Shown here: in pieces, positions 36,359 to 43,037 of the stretch
How positions within the stretch are numbered: the first letter of the stretch is position 1
How the letters are laid out: each line of letters begins with the position of its first letter
Assembly: GCA_041611735.1 (NCBI GenBank)
Contig: JBFIML010000040.1
Location: forward strand, 1 to 43,037
Direction of reading: 5' to 3'
Origin: Myxococcota bacterium
Lineage (GTDB): Bacteria; Myxococcota_A; UBA9160; PR03
Length of the DNA stretch: 43,037 nucleotides
Notes under the pieces: model-generated
What the model was told of the DNA's origin: nothing
The model's database searches: none
Seen by the model: only the letters and a program-made list of their open reading frames with translations
Made by a program: the position numbers and the translations under genes

Positions 36359-37237
36359 GTGGCGATCCTGTGCGACCGCAGCACGCGACTCCTGGTCCAG
36401 GGTGTGGGGCGCATGGGCAGCTTCCACGCCCGCCTCTCCCGGGAGTACGGCACCCAGGTGGTGGGGGGCGTGGCGCCCGGCAAGGGCGGCCAGCAGGTCG
36501 ATGGGATGCCGGTCTTCGACACCGTCCGGCAGGCGGTGGCGGAGACGGGCGCCAACGCCTCGGTGATCTTCGTGCCGGCGCCCTTCGCCGGCGACGCCAT
36601 CCTGGAGGCCGCAGATGCGGAGCTCGATCTGGCGGTCTGCATCACCGAGGGCATTCCGGCCCTCGACCTGGTGCGGGTGAAGAGCGCGCTGCGTGGCGCG
36701 AGGACGCGTCTGGTGGGTCCGAATTGCCCGGGCGTGGTCACCCCGGAGCAGTGCCGGATCGGGATCATGCCGGCCCAGATCACGCGCCCCGGTCCGGTGG
36801 GCGTGGTGTCCCGCTCCGGAACCCTCACCTACGAGGCCGTGGACCAGCTGACCCGTCTCGGCGTGGGGCAGTCCACCTGCCTCGGGATCGGGGGGGACCC
36901 GGTGGTGGGCACCACCTTCGTGGACGCCCTGGCGCTCTTCGAGGCCGACCCGGAGACCCGGGCCGTGGTGCTGATCGGCGAGATCGGCGGCAGCGCCGAG
37001 GAGACGGCGGCCGAGTACGTGCGCGGCCACGTCCGCAAGCCCGTGGCCGCTTTCATCGCCGGCCAGAATGCGCCGCCGGGCAAACGCATGGGGCACGCGG
37101 GCGCCATCATCGCCGGCGGCAAGGGGCGGGCCGCCGACAAGATCGCCGCCCTCGAGGCGGCCGGGGTCCGGGTCGCCCGCTCGCCGGCGGAGATCGGCGA
37201 GGCCCTCGTGCAATCCGCCCCCGAGCTGGTGGGCTGA
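36359..37237 (+). CDS. sucD: Succinyl-CoA synthetase alpha subunit
   Basis: [53 protein letters not shown]. Confidence 0.97.
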   Translation: MAILCDRSTRLLVQGVGRMGSFHARLSREYGTQVVGGVAPGKGGQQVDGMPVFDTVRQAVAETGANASVIFVPAPFAGDAILEAADAELDLAVCITEGIPALDLVRVKSALRGARTRLVGPNCPGVVTPEQCRIGIMPAQITRPGPVGVVSRSGTLTYEAVDQLTRLGVGQSTCLGIGGDPVVGTTFVDALALFEADPETRAVVLIGEIGGSAEETAAEYVRGHVRKPVAAFIAGQNAPPGKRMGHAGAIIAGGKGRAADKIAALEAAGVRVARSPAEIGEALVQSAPELVG

Positions 37238-37243
37238 GGGGCG

Positions 37244-38275
37244 CTACTCGCTCACCGTCCAGGTCTCCCCGGACTCGAGCAGGCCCTTGAGGCTACCCGG
37301 GCCGCGCTCGGCGACGGCGCGGTCCACCTGCTCCTGCACCAGGTTCTCGTAGCTGGGTCGCTCGACGGCCCGGAACACCCCCACCAGCACCGGGAACTCG
37401 GGCAGGTGCAGGGTGGCCAGGGCGAAGGCGTAGGCGGGGCTCTCGTGGCGCTCGTCGTGCACGGCGACCCCTGCGGAGACCGGATCGGACCCGTCGGGAA
37501 GCGGAACCACGCTGGGGATGCCGCGGTCGATGCGGATGCCGCGGCGCGCTCCCTTCGGACCGTAGACCAGTGGCTTGCCGTGCTCGAGCGGCAGGGCCCA
37601 CTCGACGCGGGTCTTGCGGTCCTCCACCTGCACCCATTCGTTGTCGTTGTAGACCGGGCAGTTCTGGAGGATCTCGACGAACGCGGTGCCCGGGTGGGCG
37701 AAGGCCCGCCGCAGGGTCTCCTGGAGGTGGGCAGCGTCCACGTCCACCGTGCGCGCGACGAAGGTGGCGCTCGCCCCGAGGGCGAAGGCGATCGGATCCA
37801 CCGGGTAGTCCACGGCTCCCTGCGGCGTCGACTTCGTCTTCATGCCCACGCGTGAAGTCGGTGAGTACTGGCCCTTGGTCAGGCCGTAGACCCGGTTGTT
37901 GAACAGCAGGATCTGGAGGTCCACGTTGCGGCGGATGGTGTGGAGCAGGTGGTTGCCGCCGATCGAGAGGCCGTCGCCGTCGCCGGTCACCACCCAAACG
38001 GACAGATCCGGTCGCACCAGCTTCATGCCCGTGGCAAAGGCCGGCGCGCGTCCGTGAATGGTGTGGAAGCCGTAGGTGTTCATGTAGTAGGGAAAGCGGC
38101 TCGAGCAGCCGATTCCCGACACGAAGACGAAGTTCTCGCGCGGGACGCCGAATTCGGGCATCACGCGCTGGACGTTCGCCAGCACCGAGTAGTCGCCGCA
38201 GCCGGGGCACCAGCGGACCTCCTGGTCCGAGGCGAAGTCCTTGCGAGTCGCGGTCGTCGCAGCCTCCACGTTCAC
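37244..38275 (-). CDS. 2-oxoacid:ferredoxin oxidoreductase beta subunit (KorB-like)
   Basis: WCPGCGDY, SGIGCSSRFPYY, IHGRA, GDGDGLSIGGNH, NNRVYGLTKGQYSPT, ILQNCPVYN; GTG overlaps the alpha-subunit stop. Confidence 0.94.
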   Translation of the reverse strand: MNVEAATTATRKDFASDQEVRWCPGCGDYSVLANVQRVMPEFGVPRENFVFVSGIGCSSRFPYYMNTYGFHTIHGRAPAFATGMKLVRPDLSVWVVTGDGDGLSIGGNHLLHTIRRNVDLQILLFNNRVYGLTKGQYSPTSRVGMKTKSTPQGAVDYPVDPIAFALGASATFVARTVDVDAAHLQETLRRAFAHPGTAFVEILQNCPVYNDNEWVQVEDRKTRVEWALPLEHGKPLVYGPKGARRGIRIDRGIPSVVPLPDGSDPVSAGVAVHDERHESPAYAFALATLHLPEFPVLVGVFRAVERPSYENLVQEQVDRAVAERGPGSLKGLLESGETWTVSE

Positions 38276-40104
38276 GCCTCCGCGGCCAGCACGGCCTCGA
38301 TCCCGGCCCGGATCTCCGCCACCTTGAACGGCTGGCCCTGCACCTTGGACAGGCTCTCCGCCGGCACCAGGAACTCCGCCCGCAGCAGCCGCGCCAGCTG
38401 ACCCCGGTTCAGCTCCGGGACCAGGATGCGCTCGAAGCGGCCCAGCACTTCGCCCAGGTCCGACGGGAACGGGTTCAGGTGCCGCAGGTGCACGCTCGAC
38501 ACGTCGAGTCCCTCGGCCCGCGCCTCGTCCACCGCCGAGACGATGGCGCCGTGCGTGCCGCCCCAGCCGACCACGAGCAGACGCCCCCGCGGCGTGCCGT
38601 TCACCGACACCGGGGCCAGCTCGCGGGCGATGCGCGCCACCTTCTCGTGGCGCAGCCACGTCATCCGCTCGTGGTTCTCCGGCGTGTAGGAGACGGTCCC
38701 GCTCACGTCCTGCTTCTCGAGCCCGCCGATGCGGTGCTCCAGGCCCGGGGTGCCGGGAATCGCCCAGGGACGGGCCAGCGTGTCCGGATGGCGAGCGTAG
38801 GGCGCGAAGTCCTCCGGCTCGGTCCGGAAGACGATCTCGTGCCGCGGGAGCGTCTCCACCGCCGGAATGCGCCAGGGCTCGGCGCTGTTGGCGAGGTAGC
38901 TGTCCGAAAGGACCACCACCGGCGTCATGTAGCGGACGGCCAGCTGGAAGGCCTCGAGCATGACGTGGAAGCAATCGCCGGGGGTGGCCGGGGCCAGCAC
39001 GGGGAGCGGGCTGTCCGAGCTTCGCCCGTACATCGCCGCCAGCAGATCCGCCTGCTCGGTCTTGGTGGGCAGTCCCGTGGACGGGCCGGCCCGCTGGATG
39101 TTCACGATCACCACGGGCAGCTCCGCCACCACCGCCAGGTTGATCACCTCCTGCTTGAGCAGGAAGCCCGGCCCGCTCGTCGTACACACCCCGAGCATGC
39201 CCGCGAAGCCCGCGCCCACGGCGGCGGCCGCGGCCGCGATCTCGTCCTCGGCCTGGAAGGTCTTCACGCCGAAGTGGCGGTGGCGCGCCAGCTCGTGCAG
39301 CACGTCGCTCGCCGGCGTGATCGGGTAGGCACCGAGCAGCACCGGCCGCTGCATCTGCACGCTCGCCGCCACGATGCCCCAGGCCAGCGCCGTGTTGCCG
39401 GTGATGTTGCGGTAGTGGCCCGGCTCGATCTTTGCGCGCGGGACCACGAACGAGACCGGAAACAGCTCGCTGGTCTCGCCGAAGGCATGACCGGCCAGCA
39501 GCACGCGGCGATTCGCCTCGCGCGTGGGGCCGCGGAAACGCTTGTCGATCCAGCGCAGGGTGGGCTCGAGGGAGCGATGGTAGAGCCAGCACATGAGCCC
39601 GAGGGCGAAGAAGTTCTTGCAGCGGTCCGCATCGCGCTGACTCAGGGAGAGTTCCTTCACGGCCTCCCGGTTGAGCCGGGTGAGCGGGATCTCCACCACC
39701 CGGAAGCGCTCCCGCAACGCCGGGCGCGGATCCTCGGCGTAGTCGGCCTTGTCCAGGTTCTTCTCGCTGAAGCTGTCGGCGTTCAGCACCAGCAGCCCGC
39801 CCGGCCGCACGTCCTCCACGTTGGCGCGCAGGGCGGCGGGATTGAAGGCGACCAGCACGTCGGGCCGGTCGGCGGGGGTGCGGATGTCCTCGGCAGCGAA
39901 GTGGATCTGGAAGCCGGACACGCCGGCCAGCGTCCCCGCGGGGGCGCGAATCTCCGCGGGAAAGTCCGGCAGGGTGGCCAGGTCGTTGCCGGCCAGGGCC
40001 GTGGACTCCGTGAACTTGGTCCCGGTGAGCTGGATTCCGTCGCCGGAGTCGCCGGCGAAGCGGATTGCGACGCGGTCGAGCTCCTCGACCTGCTTGTGCG
40101 GCAA
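38272..40104 (-). CDS. 2-oxoacid:ferredoxin oxidoreductase alpha subunit (gamma-alpha fusion, KorA-like)
   Basis: IRFAGDSGDGIQLTG, FPAEIRAPAG, YPITPAS, QAEDEIAA, TSGPG, QRAGPSTGLPTKTEQAD; start probably TTG 40104 (GGAG upstream) or GTG 40116. Confidence 0.94.
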   Translation of the reverse strand: MPHKQVEELDRVAIRFAGDSGDGIQLTGTKFTESTALAGNDLATLPDFPAEIRAPAGTLAGVSGFQIHFAAEDIRTPADRPDVLVAFNPAALRANVEDVRPGGLLVLNADSFSEKNLDKADYAEDPRPALRERFRVVEIPLTRLNREAVKELSLSQRDADRCKNFFALGLMCWLYHRSLEPTLRWIDKRFRGPTREANRRVLLAGHAFGETSELFPVSFVVPRAKIEPGHYRNITGNTALAWGIVAASVQMQRPVLLGAYPITPASDVLHELARHRHFGVKTFQAEDEIAAAAAAVGAGFAGMLGVCTTSGPGFLLKQEVINLAVVAELPVVIVNIQRAGPSTGLPTKTEQADLLAAMYGRSSDSPLPVLAPATPGDCFHVMLEAFQLAVRYMTPVVVLSDSYLANSAEPWRIPAVETLPRHEIVFRTEPEDFAPYARHPDTLARPWAIPGTPGLEHRIGGLEKQDVSGTVSYTPENHERMTWLRHEKVARIARELAPVSVNGTPRGRLLVVGWGGTHGAIVSAVDEARAEGLDVSSVHLRHLNPFPSDLGEVLGRFERILVPELNRGQLARLLRAEFLVPAESLSKVQGQPFKVAEIRAGIEAVLAAEA

Positions 40105-40154
40105 CCTGGCTCCCACGGAAGCATGCCCGCGGCCGCAGCTTCCGCTCCACTGGC

Positions 40155-40182
40155 ATTGTATCCGGTCGCCGGGCCGGGGAAA
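40155..40182 (-). promoter_or_regulatory. Possible sigma70 promoter of the oxidoreductase operon
   Basis: Minus-strand TTTCCC-N16-TACAAT (TACAAT at 40160-40155). Confidence 0.4.
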
Positions 40183-40264
40183 GGGCGGGGCCGCCGGGGC
40201 GCCCCCGGATCGCGAAATCCCGGACCCAGCGCCCGCTTCGCCTTCTTCCTGCGTGCTCGCGAGC

Positions 40265-40293
40265 CTCAAGCAGGGACCCGGAAGGGCCGATAC
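40265..40293 (+). promoter_or_regulatory. Putative sigma28-type promoter of the tgl operon, probably giving a leaderless transcript
   Basis: C-TCAAG(40266-40270)-N15-GCCGATAC(40286-40293), 7 nt before ATG 40301; no SD sequence. Confidence 0.72.
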
Positions 40294-40300
40294 ACCCGGC

Positions 40301-41038
40301 ATGTTCAGCCCGCGGACGCGCCCGCTGGCCCTCGACGCCGAGCGCCTGCTCGGGCTGCGGCTGTCGCTCAACACCCCGGTGGTGGCGACGGCCGAGCTCC
40401 CGCCGGGTCCCGCGCGCGCCGCGCTGGTCTCGCACCTGGACAACGGCCTGCGCCACATCACCGTGGCGGTTCGTTCCCTGCGCAACGGGGCGACCGTGCT
40501 CTACGACCTCGAGGGCATGGACCTGGACGCCACGCTGGAGTTCGGGGTGGCGGTGGACGCGTCACTCTCCTTCGCCGAGAGCATGGGCTTCCTCTTCGAC
40601 GACGACGAGGTGGGGAAGGGCGGAGACGATCCGGTGGGCCGCGCGCTGCGCCGCTGGCGGGAGACGATGGGTCCCGGGGCAGGTCGCGTCGCGGTGGCCG
40701 AGGCGCCGGCCGTTGCAAGGAGTCGGCCCGGCCCGCCGGACGGGACGGGAGAGCTCGTGCTGGAGGACGTGGCCGAGTCGCTGCCCGCGTTCGATCTGTC
40801 GCCCGGCGCGGATCTCTTCGACGACGAACCGCTGCCGCCGCCGGCGAGCCCGCGGCCCGGGGCCCCCGGAACCCTCACCAAGTTCCGGGGCGGCACGGAG
40901 CCGCCGCCTGCGCCGGACGACCCGGAAACGCCCGACCCGGGCGCCACGGCCCTGGGCCGCGTCCAGCTGGTTCGACGCTCGGCGTCCACCCGCTCCGGGC
41001 GGGCAAGTCCGCTGCTGCGTCTGCTGGCCTGGTTCTAG
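40301..41038 (+). CDS. Conserved hypothetical protein of the type found upstream of tgl in myxobacteria/deltaproteobacteria
   Basis: SLNTPVV..LPPGPARA, LSFAESMGF, acidic/Pro-rich linker, C-terminal LLRLLAWF; recalled resemblance, not searched. Confidence 0.7.
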   Translation: MFSPRTRPLALDAERLLGLRLSLNTPVVATAELPPGPARAALVSHLDNGLRHITVAVRSLRNGATVLYDLEGMDLDATLEFGVAVDASLSFAESMGFLFDDDEVGKGGDDPVGRALRRWRETMGPGAGRVAVAEAPAVARSRPGPPDGTGELVLEDVAESLPAFDLSPGADLFDDEPLPPPASPRPGAPGTLTKFRGGTEPPPAPDDPETPDPGATALGRVQLVRRSASTRSGRASPLLRLLAWF

Positions 41039-41078
41039 CGCCCGCCGTGCGTGCACGACGGGTCAGGAGGAAAGAGAC

Positions 41079-41867
41079 ATGAGCCGCACGCTGCGTTGCC
41101 TGGGGGGAGCGAGCCTGGGGCTCGGGGTCGCCCTGCTGGTCGGGCTCGGCTGCGCCACGAGCGGCAAGAGCGCCAAGGAGCTCGAGCTGCATCGCGCCCG
41201 CGTCCACTACGATCTCGCCGTGGAGCACATGGCCCAGGGGCGCACCGCCCTGGCGCTGCGGGAGCTCCAGCAGGCCGAGCAGCTCGATCCGAACGACCCC
41301 TGGATCCCGCTGGCCCTGGGCGAGGGCTACCGGCGCAAGGGCCGCCTCGAGCAGGCGGAGCAGCACCTGCTGCGGGCCATGGAGGTGGACCCGGGCTCCC
41401 AGACCGCACGCCTGAATCTCTCGGCCCTGTACGTGCAGATGAAGCGCTACGAGGATGCCATCCCCCTGGCCGTGACGCTGGCGGACGACCCCACCTTCCC
41501 CGCGCCCTGGCGGGCGCTCACGAACCTCGGCTGGGCGGAGCTCCAGCTCGGGCGTCGCAAGGACGCCCGCCGGCACCTGGAGCTGGCGGCCGAGTACCAC
41601 GAGGGCTACTGGCCGGCACAGCTCAACCTCGGCATCTTGGAGGCGGAGGAGGGGAACCGGCTGGAGGCCCTGCAGCGCTTCGAGCACGTGCTCACGCGCA
41701 AGCCGGGCCCGCTCCCCGAGGCCGAGGCACACTTCCGGATGGCGGAGATCTACGTCTCGCTCGGCCAGCGCGAGCGCGCCATCCAGCATCTCACCGCCGT
41801 GGGTGAGCGGCGGCCGAGCGGTACGTGGGGCAAGCGGAGCGCCGACTACCTGAAGCTGCTGCGCTGA
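41079..41867 (+). CDS. Tgl/PilF/PilW-like TPR lipoprotein (type IV pilus secretin pilotin)
   Basis: Lipobox LVGLGC; about 6 TPRs; DPTFPAPWRALTNLGW motif; followed by RodZ-like gene; RBS AGGAGG. Confidence 0.82.
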   Translation: MSRTLRCLGGASLGLGVALLVGLGCATSGKSAKELELHRARVHYDLAVEHMAQGRTALALRELQQAEQLDPNDPWIPLALGEGYRRKGRLEQAEQHLLRAMEVDPGSQTARLNLSALYVQMKRYEDAIPLAVTLADDPTFPAPWRALTNLGWAELQLGRRKDARRHLELAAEYHEGYWPAQLNLGILEAEEGNRLEALQRFEHVLTRKPGPLPEAEAHFRMAEIYVSLGQRERAIQHLTAVGERRPSGTWGKRSADYLKLLR

Positions 41868-42355
41868 ACGAGGCCGGGGAGGGCTCGATCGGCGCCTACC
41901 TGGCCCGCCAGCGTCGCCTGCGCGGCATCAGCCTCGACGCGCTCTCCGCGGAGACGCGCCTGCCGCGCCGATCGCTCGAGCGCCTGGAGGCGGGAGCCTT
42001 CGACGGCAACCCGGATGGCTTCGCCCGGGGCTTCGTGCGCACGGTCGCCGGGGCGCTCGGTCTCGACCCGGAAGCCACGGTGGCGCGCATGCTGCCGGAG
42101 GCGACCGTCGCCGGGGGCCGCGGCGGCGCCTGGGTCGCCCGCTTCCTGCACCGCCCCCTCACCTGGGCCGGGGTGACCGCCGCCCTCTTGTCCGCCCTCG
42201 GCCTGTGGCTCGCCATCTCGGACCGCCCGGGCCCTGCGGCGGTCACGACCCAGACGGAGGTGTTGTACCGGCGCGACGCGGTGCGCGAGCTGGCGGAGTC
42301 GGTGGGCGCCTGGCCGCCGCGGGAGCCCGCGGCGCCGGAGTCCGCCCCGCGCTGA
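41825..42355 (+). CDS. Short RodZ-like protein (HTH plus transmembrane helix)
   Basis: IGAYLARQRRLRGISL...LERLEAG...FARGFVRTVAGALGLD; TM WAGVTAALLSALGLWLAI; start uncertain. Confidence 0.78.
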   Translation: MGQAERRLPEAAALNEAGEGSIGAYLARQRRLRGISLDALSAETRLPRRSLERLEAGAFDGNPDGFARGFVRTVAGALGLDPEATVARMLPEATVAGGRGGAWVARFLHRPLTWAGVTAALLSALGLWLAISDRPGPAAVTTQTEVLYRRDAVRELAESVGAWPPREPAAPESAPR

Positions 42356-42384
42356 TTCGGCGCCTGTGGCGCTACCCTCCAGCC

Positions 42385-43037
42385 GTGTTTCCGCTCCACA
42401 GCGAGGCGCTGGTGCTGCGCACGGTCGACTTCGGCGAGTCCGACCGCATCGTCCACCTGCTCACGCCGCGCACGGCGCGTCTCACGGCGATTGCCAAGGG
42501 AGCCAAACGCAGTCGTCGACGCTTCGCCGGCACCCTCGACCTCTTCAATCACCTGCACGTGCACGTGGAGCGACGCCGGGCCGACAGCCTGGCGCGGCTC
42601 GAACAGGCCCGCCTGATCGATTCCTTCCCGACGTTGCGCGTGCATCCGGCGCGCTTCGCTCTCGCCTGCTACCTGGCCGAGCTGGTGGATCGGCTGGCGC
42701 CCGAGGGCGGGGCGCCGGCGGACGGGGCGCGGCTGTTCGGCTTCGCCCGCGCAGCGCTGGCTTGCGTGGCGTCGCGCTCGGCGGATGCGCGCCTGCGCGT
42801 GCTGCTGGAGCTGCGGGCCCTGGATGCCCTGGGCCTGCGGCCCGAGCTGGGCCGCTGCGTGCGCTGCGCCGGAGCGCTGGGGCCCGCCTCGCGGGTGGGC
42901 TTCCACGTGGGAGAGGGGGGCGCCGTGTGCGCCGCCTGCCGGGCGGGCGGCGAGCCGCTCCTGCCGCTGCATCGGGGGACGCTGCGCGCCCTGGAGCAGG
43001 GGCTGCGGCTGCCCCTGGACCGGCTCGACCGCCTGGC
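42385..43037 (+). CDS. recO: DNA repair protein RecO (3' end truncated by the window; absent from the ORF track)
   Basis: Translated by eye from GTG 42385: EALVLRTVDFGESDRIVHLLT...IAKGAKRSRRRF...LDLF; zinc finger CVRC...CAAC. Confidence 0.93.
   Translation, partial: MFPLHSEALVLRTVDFGESDRIVHLLTPRTARLTAIAKGAKRSRRRFAGTLDLFNHLHVHVERRRADSLARLEQARLIDSFPTLRVHPARFALACYLAELVDRLAPEGGAPADGARLFGFARAALACVASRSADARLRVLLELRALDALGLRPELGRCVRCAGALGPASRVGFHVGEGGAVCAACRAGGEPLLPLHRGTLRALEQGLRLPLDRLDRL

Overview
Very GC-rich chromosomal window with about 36 tightly packed CDSs. I found no rRNA, tRNA, CRISPR array or mobile element. Gene content and order suggest a Myxococcota/deltaproteobacterial genome (inference). 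In order: PAS histidine kinase, sigma54 response regulator and TPR lipoprotein; LysM (TsaP-like)-dprA-trmFO-xerC-hslVU; an output-less REC-GAF-GAF protein; argB-argF; a four-gene module (wHTH-like/J-domain/TPR protein, lid-less Hsp70, TPR/wHTH-like protein, PAS pseudo-histidine kinase); argG; an ABC1/UbiB kinase; a YCF48-like propeller with an OmpA-like insert; an acyl-CoA synthetase; a REC-GAF-GGDEF cyclase; aspS-LysM-glpA-glpB-short ferredoxin-icd-mdh-sucCD; convergent 2-oxoacid:ferredoxin oxidoreductase alpha/beta genes; and a tgl-upstream gene, Tgl/PilF pilotin, RodZ-like gene and partial recO. The strongest non-obvious signal is five intergenic copies of a sigma28 (FliA/WhiG)-type promoter, C-T(C/T)NNN-N15-NCCGAT, with identical spacing. 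They precede non-flagellar units: pilus secretin factors plus dprA, the diguanylate cyclase, the two-component system and the lid-less Hsp70 module. All calls come from motifs read by eye; no database searches were run.
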